From Clostridium sp. CAG:492 (GTDB lineage: Bacteria; Bacillota; Clostridia; TANB77; CAG-508), in the NCBI GenBank assembly GCA_000434335.1, contig FR878266.1, positions 79,048-138,790 of the forward strand: a stretch of 59,743 nt of DNA. Reading direction: 5' to 3'. The notes below the pieces were generated by a model. The model was not told the DNA's origin. It saw nothing but the letters and a program-made list of their open reading frames with translations, and did not search any database. This document shows, piece by piece, positions 46,681 to 57,826 of this stretch (position 1 is the stretch's first letter; each line of letters begins with the position of its first letter). The position numbers were made by a program, and so were the translations under genes.

Positions 46681-47721
46681 TTATTTTCGTCCTCTTGAAT
46701 TTATAAAAACAGTTTTTAATTTTTCAATATCATCTAAGGTTTTTCCGCATCCTTTTACAACACAATCAAGAGGGTCTTCTGCTACATATACTGGCATTCC
46801 TGTATTATCTATTAATAGCTTATCTAAATTTTGAATTAATGCTCCTCCTCCAGCTAATATAATACCTTTTTCCATAATATCTGATGATAATTCTGGTGGA
46901 GTTTTTTCTAATGTCATTTTTACTAAATCAACAATTTTAGCCACAGATTCTTGCATTGCTTCTAAAATTTGAGAGGAATATATTGTTACATTTTTTGGTA
47001 AGCCTGTTGCATAATCTCTACCTCTAATTTCCATTGACATATCTGTCATTAATGGTTTTGCACATCCTATTGTTTTCTTTATTTCTTCTGCAGTAGTTTC
47101 TCCAATTGCCAAGTTTAATTCTCTTTTTACATAATTTACTATGTCCTCATCTAACTCATCTCCAGCAATTCTTAAAGAATAGCTTACAACAATTCCACCT
47201 AAAGATATTACTGCAACTTCGGTAGTTCCTCCACCTATATCTACAATTATATTTCCGCTAGGCTCTGCTACATCCATATTTGCACCAATAGCTGCAGCCA
47301 TTGGCTCTTCTATTAAATACACTTCTCTTGCTCCTGCTTGTAAAACCGCTTCTTGTACTGCTCTTTCTTCAACTTCTGTAATTCCAGAAGGCACACCAAC
47401 TACAACTCTTGGTCTTGCAACATTATATTTTCTACATACTTTAGTAAGTATATTTTTTAACATAAGTTGAGTCGCAGTAAAATCAGCTATAACACCATCT
47501 TTTAATGGTCTTACAGCCTTAATATCATCAGGTGTTCTTCCTAACATTTCTTTTGCTTCATATCCAGTAGATAATATAGCTCCTGTTTTTTTATCAATTG
47601 CTACTACTGATGGCTCTTTTAAAACAATACCTTTTCCTTTTAAAGTTACCAATATATTTGCAGTTCCTAAATCTATTCCAATATCTTTTGATACTAATTT
47701 AAAAAAGTTAAATTTAAACAT
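46681..47721 (-). CDS. mreB: Rod shape-determining protein MreB
   Basis: Actin-fold motifs DLGTANI and DIGGGTTEVAV. Confidence 0.95.
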   Translation of the reverse strand: MFKFNFFKLVSKDIGIDLGTANILVTLKGKGIVLKEPSVVAIDKKTGAILSTGYEAKEMLGRTPDDIKAVRPLKDGVIADFTATQLMLKNILTKVCRKYNVARPRVVVGVPSGITEVEERAVQEAVLQAGAREVYLIEEPMAAAIGANMDVAEPSGNIIVDIGGGTTEVAVISLGGIVVSYSLRIAGDELDEDIVNYVKRELNLAIGETTAEEIKKTIGCAKPLMTDMSMEIRGRDYATGLPKNVTIYSSQILEAMQESVAKIVDLVKMTLEKTPPELSSDIMEKGIILAGGGALIQNLDKLLIDNTGMPVYVAEDPLDCVVKGCGKTLDDIEKLKTVFINSRGRK

Positions 47722-48406
47722 TGTTCACTCCTCTTTTCGAAAAAATACTTATATAATTGCAATCTCCAATAACAATATGATCTAATAACTCTATCCCCAT
47801 TATTTGCCCTGCTTTTTCAATTCTATTTGTTATTTCAAAATCAGCCAAGCTTGGTGTAGGGTCTCCACTTGGGTGATTATGTGCAATTATAATTTTGGGG
47901 GCACCTATTTTTATAGCCTCTAATAATATATCTTTTGGCTCTACAAAAGCTGAACTTGTACCACCAAAAGATATATCTATAATCTTTAGTATTATATTTT
48001 TTGTATTTAATAAAACTAACTTTACAATTTCGCGTTTTTCATATTTTAGCTCTTCTATTAATATTTTTGCTATATCATCTGTATTTTTTATTTGAATCTT
48101 CGCATCATTAATTGGTCTAGAAATTCTTTTTGTAAGTTCACATATTGCTTTTAGTTGAATAGCCTTTACTTTTCCAATTCCTTGTATCTCTTTAAATTCA
48201 TGCAATGGTATATCTTGTAAATCTCTTAAGTTATTGTTTACTTTTTTTAATATTGCATTTGATATATCTATTGCTGTAAAATCTTTTGTTCCATTCTTTA
48301 TTATTATTGCCAATAATTCGGAATTTGATAACATTTTTTCTCCATACATTTCTAATTTTTCGTATGGTCGCTCTGTTACGGGTAGCTCTTTAATTTTTAA
48401 TGACAT
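47714..48406 (-). CDS. radC: RadC-family JAB-domain protein
   Basis: HhH region plus HNHPSGDPTPS (JAMM motif). Overlaps mreB by 8 nt. Confidence 0.9.
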   Translation of the reverse strand: MSLKIKELPVTERPYEKLEMYGEKMLSNSELLAIIIKNGTKDFTAIDISNAILKKVNNNLRDLQDIPLHEFKEIQGIGKVKAIQLKAICELTKRISRPINDAKIQIKNTDDIAKILIEELKYEKREIVKLVLLNTKNIILKIIDISFGGTSSAFVEPKDILLEAIKIGAPKIIIAHNHPSGDPTPSLADFEITNRIEKAGQIMGIELLDHIVIGDCNYISIFSKRGVNNV

Positions 48407-48438
48407 ATTATCCTTTCTTGCCCTCTTTTAACCCCTTA

Positions 48439-48696
48439 TTACACTTTTCTGTAAATGAATATTGCAAGAATCATACCTAATATACTTGAAATATTTAGTT
48501 TTATCATTAATGAAAATGATAATTTTATTATACTTAAATCTACTGTTAATGGGTCACTTAAACCAAATTGTTGACCATATGCAAGCCACCATAGCCCACT
48601 AGATTTTGATGCAAGGTCACCTACTAGACCTCCTATTACTACTCCTGCTAAAATAAATACTATTAATATCCACATACTTTTGTCTTTTGTTGCCAT
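48439..48696 (-). CDS. DUF4321 small membrane protein
   Basis: 85 aa with two hydrophobic segments, in the conserved position upstream of radC-mreB in Clostridia. Confidence 0.65.
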   Translation of the reverse strand: MATKDKSMWILIVFILAGVVIGGLVGDLASKSSGLWWLAYGQQFGLSDPLTVDLSIIKLSFSLMIKLNISSILGMILAIFIYRKV

Positions 48697-48881
48697 ATAT
48701 TTTTCCTCCTATTTACATCTTTTAAACTTTCCATATTATATCCTTTAATTGACATTTTTTCAATATGTTACAGTGTTTTTTCTAATATTAATTATAAATC
48801 ATAGTTATAGGAAAAAATAAAAAAATCTATGTCAATTTTTGAATTAAACACAAATTTTTTCAACTTTTTTATATTATATAT

Positions 48882-50111
48882 TTAAAATCTATTTATAGAT
48901 TTTATACACTTAATAAAATAATCTCTTATGTCTTTCTTTAAAATCTCATTTTTTATACACACATCTTCTGTATCTATAATCTTGTCTTTTACTTTAACCT
49001 TCAATGTTCCAATTATAGTATTAGCCTCCACTGGTGCCTGCATATTAAATATTGAATTAATTTCTATTGTTATATTATCTAAATCTCTCTTTTTCACTAC
49101 TACAATATCATTTTGCAAATTATTATATGAAATATCAATTGTTGATGTTTTTGCTTTTTCGATTGTTATTCTTTTTTTATTTATATTACACCACTCATTA
49201 AATTTTTCCTCTACAATTGTTTTTATATTTACTGGTGTATAATTCTCATATATGTACTCTATTAATTTTATACTATCTTGAGTACGAAATTTTTTTGTAT
49301 CTGCCTGTAATACAACTGTTATTATATTAAAGTTATTTCTGTCAACAGATGTCACCAGGCATCTTCCAGCATTATTTGTAAACCCAGTTTTTACTCCATT
49401 TACTCCATTTAAATTTCCTAATAACTCATTTGTGTTTGATAAATCCTTTGGATATCCATTTATATTTATCGTGTAAAACTTTGTTGACACAACTTTAGCA
49501 ATTGTTTTATTTTTCAATGCATAATCTGTAATTTTTGCAAGTTCATATGCTGTTGTATAATGTTCTGGGTCATCTAGCCCGTGCGGAGTAACAAAGTGCG
49601 TATCTTTTAAATTAAGCTCTTTTGCTTTTTTATTCATTAGCTCTGCAAAAGATGGAATATCTCCTCCAATATGTTCTGCAATAGCAACGGCAGCATCATT
49701 TCCGGACCTCAACATCAAACCATATAATAAATCTCTCATTGAAATTTTATCATCTTTTTTTAAACCTAATCTTGAACCGCCTGTTCCGGCAGCTTTTGCT
49801 GATATAGTTACTATATCATCTAAATTAGAATTTTCAGCTACAATTATTGAAGTCATTATTTTTGTAGTAGATGCCATTGCAGTTCTTTTGTTTTCATCTT
49901 TTCCCCATATAACTTTATTTGAATTTCTATCAAAAGCAACAGCAATTCTTGAATTTAATGTCAATTCATCACTTGTTCTGCTTGATGTTTCAATTATATC
50001 TTGTAAATCTTTTTGATTAAACTCCTCTTCTATAATATCATCAGCATACACTATATTATAACTATAAAACATTAATATCACAGCTAAAAAAACACATAAC
50101 ATTTTTTTCAT
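48882..50111 (-). CDS. D-alanyl-D-alanine carboxypeptidase (PBP5 type)
   Basis: Signal peptide, ASTTKIMT (SxxK), SGN and KTG motifs, C-terminal PBP5_C-like domain. Confidence 0.85.
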   Translation of the reverse strand: MKKMLCVFLAVILMFYSYNIVYADDIIEEEFNQKDLQDIIETSSRTSDELTLNSRIAVAFDRNSNKVIWGKDENKRTAMASTTKIMTSIIVAENSNLDDIVTISAKAAGTGGSRLGLKKDDKISMRDLLYGLMLRSGNDAAVAIAEHIGGDIPSFAELMNKKAKELNLKDTHFVTPHGLDDPEHYTTAYELAKITDYALKNKTIAKVVSTKFYTININGYPKDLSNTNELLGNLNGVNGVKTGFTNNAGRCLVTSVDRNNFNIITVVLQADTKKFRTQDSIKLIEYIYENYTPVNIKTIVEEKFNEWCNINKKRITIEKAKTSTIDISYNNLQNDIVVVKKRDLDNITIEINSIFNMQAPVEANTIIGTLKVKVKDKIIDTEDVCIKNEILKKDIRDYFIKCIKSINRF

Positions 50112-50151
50112 TCATATCACCTGTTTTATTTATATGATATGATAATATAAT

Positions 50152-51009
50152 TTATTCAGAAAATCCTTTTCCTAATGTTTCTATTGCATCTGTTGTAACT
50201 ATAAACGCATTTTTATCAATTTGTTTTATTATCTGTTTTATTTCAGCTACTTCTTTTCGTGATGCAACACAAAATAACATTACATTTTGTTTCCCCGAAT
50301 ACATCCCTTTTGAGTAGATTCCTGTGCTTCCTCTTTTTACTAATATACCAATTTCTTTAGAAATTTCTTCATATTTTTCAGATATAATAAACATTATCTT
50401 GGTAAAATAAATTCCTTCAAAAATTATATCAATCATTTTCCCCATTAAATAAATTGCAATTACAGAATATAAACCAATTTCAATTTCTCTAAAAAATATA
50501 ATATTAAAAAAGATAATTATTGTATCTGCAATAATTATAACTCTACTACTTTTAAATTTATTATTATATGCCCTTATTACATATGACAACAAATCAGTTC
50601 CACCTGTTGATGCACCTGCTTTTAATATTATTGCAGTACCAATTCCCATTATTATTCCACCATATATACAAGCTAAAAATCTATCATTAGTAATTGGTGA
50701 TAAATTTCCCAATAAGTCTATAAATACTGATAATAAAACTGTTCCTAAAATCGATTTAAAAAATAATCTTTTATTTACTTTTACCATAGCAATAACAAAC
50801 AGCGGAACATTTATTAATAACATTGTTAATCCAACTGGATAATTACATAAATAATATAATATCGTAGAAATACCAGAAATTCCTCCAGTTGATAATTGAT
50901 TTGGTAATAAAAATAAAGCAGTTGATACAGCCATCAAAAAAGCTCCAATAATTATATAAATATACTCAAGAGCATATTTTTTTACATCCCCAAGTACCAT
51001 AAAAATCAC
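50152..51009 (-). CDS. YitT family membrane protein (DUF2179 C-terminal domain)
   Basis: Polytopic membrane region followed by a soluble C-terminal domain (MLFCVASRKEVAEIKQIIKQIDKNAFIVT). Confidence 0.8.
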   Translation of the reverse strand: MIFMVLGDVKKYALEYIYIIIGAFLMAVSTALFLLPNQLSTGGISGISTILYYLCNYPVGLTMLLINVPLFVIAMVKVNKRLFFKSILGTVLLSVFIDLLGNLSPITNDRFLACIYGGIIMGIGTAIILKAGASTGGTDLLSYVIRAYNNKFKSSRVIIIADTIIIFFNIIFFREIEIGLYSVIAIYLMGKMIDIIFEGIYFTKIMFIISEKYEEISKEIGILVKRGSTGIYSKGMYSGKQNVMLFCVASRKEVAEIKQIIKQIDKNAFIVTTDAIETLGKGFSE

Positions 51010-51056
51010 CTATAATGTGATTATTTACATTTATAGGTGATTTTATACTAAATAAA

Positions 51057-52121
51057 TTATTTTACATTTTCTTTTATAAACTCTTGGTATTTTATTAACT
51101 TTGTAATTTTCAATTTTCCTTTTTTTATTTTTGAATTAGGATTTATTTTCAAATCAGTATTATATGTATCATTAATTTTTTCTATGTTTATTCTTTTATG
51201 TCCAACAGCATTATTTATATCACTTGGATTTACATCAATTTGTATATGAGTTACATTGGAATTTACTTTTTTAATTTCATTTGCAATATTATCATACCAT
51301 AATCTAGACTCTACCAATTGTCTAAATGCAGGATGATATGGACCTGCTACAACTTGACTTTTCTTTGAGTTTGGATCTGTTATTTCATTTGTATTTTGCA
51401 ATCCAATTCTTATAACATTTATTTTTTTCTTATTAAATAAAACTAATAAATCTTTTGCAGTTTCCACTGCTTGTTCCACAGTCAATGGTGTATATTCTCC
51501 TGATTCATAATCCTTTTCAAGTTGAGTTCCTTTTATTACTAAAACAGGATAAATTCTTACTATTTTCGGTTTTAATTTTATCAAATCTTTTGCAGTGTTT
51601 ATTTCATCTTGTCTAGTGCTTTCTGGTAATCCTACCATCATTTGGTGACCAAGTATAAATCCATTTTTTCTTATTAATTTTGATGCTTTTTTTACATCTT
51701 CAAATGTGTGTCCACGTTTACTTTTATTTAGAATATAATCATTTGTTGATTGAACACCAAGCTCTATAGTTTTTACACCATATGATTTTAGCATTTTTAA
51801 AATTTCTTTATTTATATAATCTGGTCTTGTTGAAATTCGTATACTATCAATCTTCTTATTTTTTATATATTCATAGGCAACACTTAATAATTCTTTTTGT
51901 TTATCAACATCTATACCTGTAAAACTGCCACCAAAAAAAGCGACTTCTATATATTTATTATCATCTTTAAAATTATTTAAATAATATTCTATCGTATTTT
52001 TTACATCTTCTGCTTTTACATTTTTTGTTTGGCCACTTATCTTTTTTTGATTGCAAAAAGTACAATCATTTGGACAACCTAAGTGCGGTACAAATATTGG
52101 GATAATATATTCTTTTTTCAT
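51057..52121 (-). CDS. Radical SAM protein (ELP3-like family)
   Basis: CPNDCTFCN CxxxCxxC cluster at the N-terminus; upstream of rnc. Confidence 0.8.
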   Translation of the reverse strand: MKKEYIIPIFVPHLGCPNDCTFCNQKKISGQTKNVKAEDVKNTIEYYLNNFKDDNKYIEVAFFGGSFTGIDVDKQKELLSVAYEYIKNKKIDSIRISTRPDYINKEILKMLKSYGVKTIELGVQSTNDYILNKSKRGHTFEDVKKASKLIRKNGFILGHQMMVGLPESTRQDEINTAKDLIKLKPKIVRIYPVLVIKGTQLEKDYESGEYTPLTVEQAVETAKDLLVLFNKKKINVIRIGLQNTNEITDPNSKKSQVVAGPYHPAFRQLVESRLWYDNIANEIKKVNSNVTHIQIDVNPSDINNAVGHKRINIEKINDTYNTDLKINPNSKIKKGKLKITKLIKYQEFIKENVK

Positions 52122-52168
52122 TAAAACTCACCTTCTATTATCTTTATGACTCATATTTCTAATACTAC

Positions 52169-52840
52169 TTACATATTTTCTAGAGCTTTCTTTGCTGCTT
52201 CCATTTCTGCCATTTTTTTATTTTTTCCTGTTCCTTCTGCCAAAAATTTTCCATCACATAAAACTTCTGCTACAAAATTTTTATCATGGTCAGGACCAAA
52301 CTCTTTTACTATGTTATATTTTATATCAACTGTTCCGTGTATTTGTAATTTTTCTTGTAATACAGTTTTATAATCTTTCATTCCTACATGCATTGTTGCT
52401 GTGTTTATTGCATCTTTTAAATTTTCTACTATAAATTTTTCAGCTTCAGCTAGTCCTGCATCAAAATAAATTGCAGCAATAACAGCCTCTACACTATCTG
52501 CTAATATGGCTGGTCTTACTTCTTTTTCATCTGCTTTTTGACTTTTTCCAAGATATAAGAAATCACTAAAATTATGCTTACACGCTACTTTATATAAGCT
52601 TTTCTCACAAACTACATCAGCTCTAACTTTAGTCATTTCTCCTTCTTTTAATTTTGTATAATTATTATAAATATATTTACTTGATAAAAATTCTAAAATA
52701 CTATCTCCTAGAAATTCTAATTTTTCATTACTATCTACTTTATTTTCATATGCATATGAGGTATGTGTTAGTGCATTTTTTAATAAATTTTTATCTTTAA
52801 ATGTATATCCTATACTTTTTTCTAAAGCACTAAAATCCAT
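52169..52840 (-). CDS. rnc: Ribonuclease III
   Basis: LEFLGDS signature and a dsRBD at the C-terminus. ATG at 52840 is preceded by AAAGGAG plus 7 nt; the track start is at 52891. Confidence 0.9.
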   Translation of the reverse strand: MDFSALEKSIGYTFKDKNLLKNALTHTSYAYENKVDSNEKLEFLGDSILEFLSSKYIYNNYTKLKEGEMTKVRADVVCEKSLYKVACKHNFSDFLYLGKSQKADEKEVRPAILADSVEAVIAAIYFDAGLAEAEKFIVENLKDAINTATMHVGMKDYKTVLQEKLQIHGTVDIKYNIVKEFGPDHDKNFVAEVLCDGKFLAEGTGKNKKMAEMEAAKKALENM

Positions 52841-52962
52841 ATTTTTTCTCCTTTCATAATTATTAAAAAAAGAAAGGATTAAACCTTTCATTTTTATTTA
52901 ACTAAAAACTTATTTTAATAGTTATATGTAAATACAAATTCTACCAAATAAGTTTTTAGCTT

Positions 52963-53211
52963 TTATTGTTCAACATGATCTTTAATGTAGTCAACTACAT
53001 CTCCAACTGTTACTATTTTTTCTGCATCAGCATCTGGAATTTCTGTATCAAATTCTTCTTCTAATGCCATTATTAATTCAACAATGTCTAAAGAATCTGC
53101 TCCTAAATCATCTATGAAAGATGCTTCCATTTTTACAGCTTCTGCATTAGCACCTAATTGCTCAACAATAATACCCTTTACTTTCTCAAAAAGTTCGTTG
53201 TCTGAACCCAT
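52963..53211 (-). CDS. acpP: Acyl carrier protein
   Basis: LGADSLD phosphopantetheine attachment motif. Confidence 0.95.
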   Translation of the reverse strand: MGSDNELFEKVKGIIVEQLGANAEAVKMEASFIDDLGADSLDIVELIMALEEEFDTEIPDADAEKIVTVGDVVDYIKDHVEQ

Positions 53212-53431
53212 ATAAGTTCACCCCCTTTCAAGTACTTCCTATGAACACTACAATAATATATGTATCATAAAATGTCAAGATTTTTTTAATTATTTTTTTT
53301 ATTTAAAATAAACCACTCATTATAGTCCACATTTTTTTAAGAAACTGTTTTAAATATATTGCATTCCAAAATTTTATTTCTTACTAATGCACCATTATCT
53401 GAGTTGTGTAAATTGTGTATATTATATCTAT

Positions 53432-54490
53432 TTATTCAGCACTTATTGATTCAGCTTTTTGTGATTCATTATTTAGCTCTGAATATTTTTCTATTATATT
53501 ATCTACAGTTTTATCATTTACAAATTGTTCTGCTTGTTTTAAAGTATATTCAAATAATTTTGCATCACTACTTCCATGTGCTTTTATTACTGGTTTTTTT
53601 ACACCTAAAAATAGAGCTCCACCATATTCTTTGTAATCCATTGATTTTCCGAAGCGTTTTATAATTGGTAATGCTGGTAATAATGAAATTTTTGAGAAAA
53701 TGCTTTTATTCGCTTCTTTCTTTAAATTTCTCTTTACCATTTTTCCTACACCTTCAGTAGTCTTTAAAAATATATTTCCTGTAAATCCATCTGTTACAAT
53801 TGCATCTACTTCTCCTGAAAAAGCTTCTCTGCCTTCTATATTTCCTATAAACTCAAAACCGTAATCTTCAGCATTTTCTTTTAATAATTTGTATGATTCT
53901 TTCATTAAATCATTACCTTTTGTTTCTTCTGTTCCATTATTTAGTAATCCTATTTTTGGTTTTTCTATATTATATGTGTTTTTCAAATATATTCCTGCCA
54001 TTTGAGCAAATTGTAATATATTAATTGTTTTACAATTTGTATTTGCTCCAGCATCCATTAATAAAAATCTACCTTCAAAAGCTGGTAACATTGCTGCAAG
54101 AGCTGGTCTATCAATACCTTTTATTCTTCCTACTAATAAAGTTGCTCCAGCTAATAACGCTCCAGAATTTCCTGCTGATAAAAATACATCGCCCTCTCCA
54201 TTTTTAAGCATATTAAAACCAACAACCATTGATGAATTTTTCTTTGTTTTTATTGCTTTTGTTGGACTATCTTCCATTGTAATTTCTTCTTCAGCATTAA
54301 CGATTTTTATTCTATCAGATAATTCATTTATATTTTCTTTACCATATAACTCTTTTATACGTTCATTTAATATTTTTTCATTTCCAATTAAAATTATTTC
54401 TGCATTGATCTTTTCTATTGCATTTACAGCACCAGTTATATTTGCATCTGGTGCATTATCTCCGCCCATAGCGTCAAATAATATTTTCAT
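53432..54490 (-). CDS. plsX: Phosphate acyltransferase PlsX
   Basis: MKILFDAMGGDNAP N-terminus. ATG at 54490 is preceded by GGAGG plus 5 nt. Confidence 0.95.
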   Translation of the reverse strand: MKILFDAMGGDNAPDANITGAVNAIEKINAEIILIGNEKILNERIKELYGKENINELSDRIKIVNAEEEITMEDSPTKAIKTKKNSSMVVGFNMLKNGEGDVFLSAGNSGALLAGATLLVGRIKGIDRPALAAMLPAFEGRFLLMDAGANTNCKTINILQFAQMAGIYLKNTYNIEKPKIGLLNNGTEETKGNDLMKESYKLLKENAEDYGFEFIGNIEGREAFSGEVDAIVTDGFTGNIFLKTTEGVGKMVKRNLKKEANKSIFSKISLLPALPIIKRFGKSMDYKEYGGALFLGVKKPVIKAHGSSDAKLFEYTLKQAEQFVNDKTVDNIIEKYSELNNESQKAESISAE

Positions 54491-54737
54491 AATTTCCTCC
54501 ATACATACTGTATATATTATTTATTTATTTTATTACTTTAAATAATTAAAGTCAATACCAATTATTAAAAGAATTGTAAAGCCTTGGTATACACTATTTA
54601 TACGGTTTGACCGCTTGTTCAATTTATACTTTTATTATTTTAAATTTGTATTATAATAAGTTATTATTTTTGTTTTTCAATACATAATATTAAAATAAAA
54701 CACTATTACTGAATGTTATGCATTGAAAAGCAAAAAA

Positions 54738-54777
54738 TACATCAAAGTATTAAACTTATTTTTAATACTTTGATGTA
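54738..54777 (-). terminator. Terminator after rplL
   Basis: 15-bp arms tacatcaaagtatta / taatactttgatgta, followed by a T-run on the minus strand. Confidence 0.75.
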
Positions 54778-54797
54778 ATTATTAAATAAATTTAAAA

Positions 54798-55160
54798 TTA
54801 TTGTAATTCAACAACTGCTCCAACAGCTTCAAATTTAGCTTTTAATTCTTCAGCTTCGTCTTTGTTAGCTCCTTCTTTAACAGCTTTAGGTGCTCCATCA
54901 ACTAAGTCTTTAGCTTCTTTTAATCCTAATCCTGTTGCATCTCTAACAACTTTGATAACTTGTATTTTGTTTGCTCCAGCATCTTTTAATACTACATTGA
55001 AAGATGATTTTTCTTCAGCTGCAGCTCCTGCTGCTCCTGCTGCTGGTGCTGCAACTGCTGCTGCAGATACTCCAAATTCTTCTTCGATAGCTTTTACTAA
55101 GTCAGCTAATTCAACAACTGTCATTTTTTTGATTTCTTCAATCATTTCTTCTTTATTCAT
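54798..55160 (-). CDS. rplL: 50S ribosomal protein L7/L12
   Basis: Ala-rich hinge and C-terminal domain [22 protein letters not shown]. Confidence 0.95.
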   Translation of the reverse strand: MNKEEMIEEIKKMTVVELADLVKAIEEEFGVSAAAVAAPAAGAAGAAAEEKSSFNVVLKDAGANKIQVIKVVRDATGLGLKEAKDLVDGAPKAVKEGANKDEAEELKAKFEAVGAVVELQ

Positions 55161-55354
55161 TTTAAAATCCTCCTATAATAAATTTAATTTTGTGTTTTTC
55201 TAACACATTTAATTTTTAATTATTTTTTGTTTTGAGTTATATTATGATATATTAATGTAAATCATTTCAAATTCAAATCAAAAACAATTTTGAATTTTAA
55301 ATAATATTCTATGTATTATAATGATATAATTAATATTCATTTATAACTCTCATA

Positions 55355-55855
55355 TTATTCAGCTTCTTTTTGAGCTTTAACTTGATCAAGCGCAACAGCC
55401 AATTTTGAAATATTTGCAAGTAAACATCCAGCAAGTTTTGCAAGTAATTCTTGTTTTGATGGAAGTTTTGCAAGTGTAATAATTTCTTCTGCTGTCATAA
55501 CTTTTCCGTCTATAATACCACCTTTGATTTTATAAAAATCATTATCCTTTGCAAAATTGTAAAGAACTTTTGATGGCTCTAAATAATCTTCATCACCCAT
55601 TAATACTGCAGTAGGTCCTGTTAATAAATCATCAAGTGCTGATTCCCCATTCATATCAAGAGCTCTTTTTATAATGTTGTTTTTGATAACTTTATATTCT
55701 GAGTTTGTATTTCTTAAGTCAGCTCTTAATTTTGTTACATCTGCAACATTAATTCCTCTGTAATCTGTTAATATAATAACTTTTGCAGATTTCATTCTTT
55801 CTGCTAAAGCTTTTACTAATTCTTCTTTTTGTTTTAGTGCTTTTTCGCTAGCCAT
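55355..55855 (-). CDS. rplJ: 50S ribosomal protein L10
   Basis: 166 aa with a typical L10 sequence (LTDYRGINVADVTKLR). Confidence 0.95.
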   Translation of the reverse strand: MASEKALKQKEELVKALAERMKSAKVIILTDYRGINVADVTKLRADLRNTNSEYKVIKNNIIKRALDMNGESALDDLLTGPTAVLMGDEDYLEPSKVLYNFAKDNDFYKIKGGIIDGKVMTAEEIITLAKLPSKQELLAKLAGCLLANISKLAVALDQVKAQKEAE

Positions 55856-56000
55856 TTTTTAATTTCACCTCCTAAAAAATTTGCAAAAATAAATCCAATC
55901 TTCATAGCTCAAAGGCATTATAAAGATTGGATAAATCCGTTCATTATATGCCTCGGTAGGACTTACTGTTGCCTACTTTCTTTGGCTATTTATTTATAAA
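55856..56000 (-). ncRNA. Probable ribosomal protein L10 leader (autoregulatory 5' UTR)
   Basis: 145-nt untranslated spacer between rplA and rplJ holding the only GC-richer, pairing-prone stretch in this spacer (gtaggcaacagtaagtcctaccgaggc on the minus strand). The position matches the known Firmicute L10 leader. No covariance model was run. Confidence 0.4.
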
Positions 56001-56687
56001 TTATTTTTGATCAATATACATACTAGGTCCCATAGTAGTAGAAATTGCAACACTCTTAATGTATTGTCCTTTTGCTGCAGCTGGTTTAGCTTTTAAAATA
56101 GCTCCCATTATTGCATCATAGTTTTCTACTAATTTATCTTTACCAAATGAAACCTTACCAAATCCTAAGTGAATTATATTAGTTTTATCTAATCTATATT
56201 CAACTTTACCAGATTTGATTTCTTGTATAGCTTTTGTAACATCCATTGTTACTGTTCCAGATTTTGGGTTTGGCATTAATCCTTTTGGTCCTAATACTTT
56301 ACCTAATCTACCAACAACACCCATCATATCAGGTGTAGCTACGATTACATCATAATCAAACCAGTTTTCTTTTTCAATTTTTGGTATTAATTCTTCAGCA
56401 CCTACATAATCTGCTCCAGCTTTTACAGCTTCATCAGCTTTAGGTCCTTTAGCAAATACTAAAACTCTTAAAGTTTTACCTGTTCCATTTGGAAGTACTG
56501 TAGTACCTCTAACTTGTTGATCAGCATGTTTAGAATCAACTCCTAATTTCACATGCAATTCAACAGTTTCGTCAAATTTTGCTTTTGGCATTTTTTCTAA
56601 TAATTCAATAGCTTCTGCTACTGGATATACTTTTGATTTATCAATAAGCTTTTCGCATTCTTGATATCTCTTTCCATTTTTTTTCAT
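56001..56687 (-). CDS. rplA: 50S ribosomal protein L1
   Basis: Typical L1 sequence (228 aa). Confidence 0.95.
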   Translation of the reverse strand: MKKNGKRYQECEKLIDKSKVYPVAEAIELLEKMPKAKFDETVELHVKLGVDSKHADQQVRGTTVLPNGTGKTLRVLVFAKGPKADEAVKAGADYVGAEELIPKIEKENWFDYDVIVATPDMMGVVGRLGKVLGPKGLMPNPKSGTVTMDVTKAIQEIKSGKVEYRLDKTNIIHLGFGKVSFGKDKLVENYDAIMGAILKAKPAAAKGQYIKSVAISTTMGPSMYIDQK

Positions 56688-56745
56688 TTTAATCCTCCTT
56701 TGGTATTAACGAATGTTTACATTCTCCCAATTTTTATTTTAATTA

Positions 56746-57183
56746 TTATTCAGCAACTACAACACCCATAGAACGAGCTGTTCCAGCAACCATACTCATT
56801 GCAGCTTCTAATGATGCAGCATTTAAGTCTGGCATTTTTTGTTCAGCTATTTCTTTAACTTGAGCTTTTGTTATTGTAGCAACTTTTTCTTTGTTTGGCT
56901 TTCCTGAAGCTTTTTCAATTTTAGCAGTTTTTTTAATTAATACTGCTACTGGTGGAACTTTAGTTACAAATGTAAAAGATTTATCCTTTGGATTAACTGT
57001 AATAACAACTGGTATTATCATTCCAGGTTGATTTGCAGTTCTATCATTGAATTCTTTAACAAATTGCATAATGTTAACACCACTTGCTCCTAAAGCTGGT
57101 CCTACTGGTGGAGCTGGTGTAGCTTTACCTGCAGGAATTTGTAGTTTTATGATTTTGAATTCTTCTTTCTTGTTGTCTGCCAC
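56746..57183 (-). CDS. rplK: 50S ribosomal protein L11
   Basis: [16 protein letters not shown] motif. Confidence 0.95.
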   Translation of the reverse strand: MADNKKEEFKIIKLQIPAGKATPAPPVGPALGASGVNIMQFVKEFNDRTANQPGMIIPVVITVNPKDKSFTFVTKVPPVAVLIKKTAKIEKASGKPNKEKVATITKAQVKEIAEQKMPDLNAASLEAAMSMVAGTARSMGVVVAE

Positions 57184-57256
57184 TGTATTGCACCTCCTTT
57201 AATATGATATTGACAAAATAATTTATGTAATTTTAAATTATTAACACTTTATAAAA

Positions 57257-57790
57257 TTAAACTTTTTGAACTTGTGAAAAATCAAGTTCAACTGGTGTTT
57301 CTCTACCAAACATTGAAACTAGTACTTTAACTTTATGTTTTTCTTTGTTAATTTCCTGTACTGTTCCAACACATTCAGCGAACGCACCTTCAATAATTTT
57401 TACAGAATCATTTACATCGTAATCAACATTTACTTCTACTTTTTCAAATCCCATACTTCTGATTTCTTCATCAGTAAGTGGAATTGGGTCAGTTCCAGAT
57501 CCAACGAATCCAGTTACACCTCTAGTATTTCTTACAATATACCAAGTTTCTTCTGTAACAATCATTTTTATTAAAACATATCCTGGAAATACTTTCTTTA
57601 AATTAGTTTTTTTCTTTCCATCTTTTATTTCAATCTGCTCTTCCATTGGTACAATTATATCGAAAAAGAAATCTTCAAGTTCTCTGTTTTTAACTTTGTT
57701 TTCTAGATCTTTTTTAACCTTATTTTCATAACCCGAATATGTATGTACTACATACCATCTTGGAATTAATTCCTCGTTTTCTCGAGACAT
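57257..57790 (-). CDS. nusG: Transcription termination/antitermination protein NusG
   Basis: WYVVHTYSGYENKV N-terminus and a KOW domain. Confidence 0.95.
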   Translation of the reverse strand: MSRENEELIPRWYVVHTYSGYENKVKKDLENKVKNRELEDFFFDIIVPMEEQIEIKDGKKKTNLKKVFPGYVLIKMIVTEETWYIVRNTRGVTGFVGSGTDPIPLTDEEIRSMGFEKVEVNVDYDVNDSVKIIEGAFAECVGTVQEINKEKHKVKVLVSMFGRETPVELDFSQVQKV

Positions 57791-57826
57791 TTTTTTAGCC
57801 TCCTTTATATAATTGTATTCTTAAAA

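Noticed and set aside
55269-55297. 9-bp hairpin aaattcaaa/tttgaattt in the long rplJ-rplL spacer
   Set aside because: It is an AT-only stem with no U-run, is probably unstable, and has no evident function. The long spacer is mentioned under the synteny finding.
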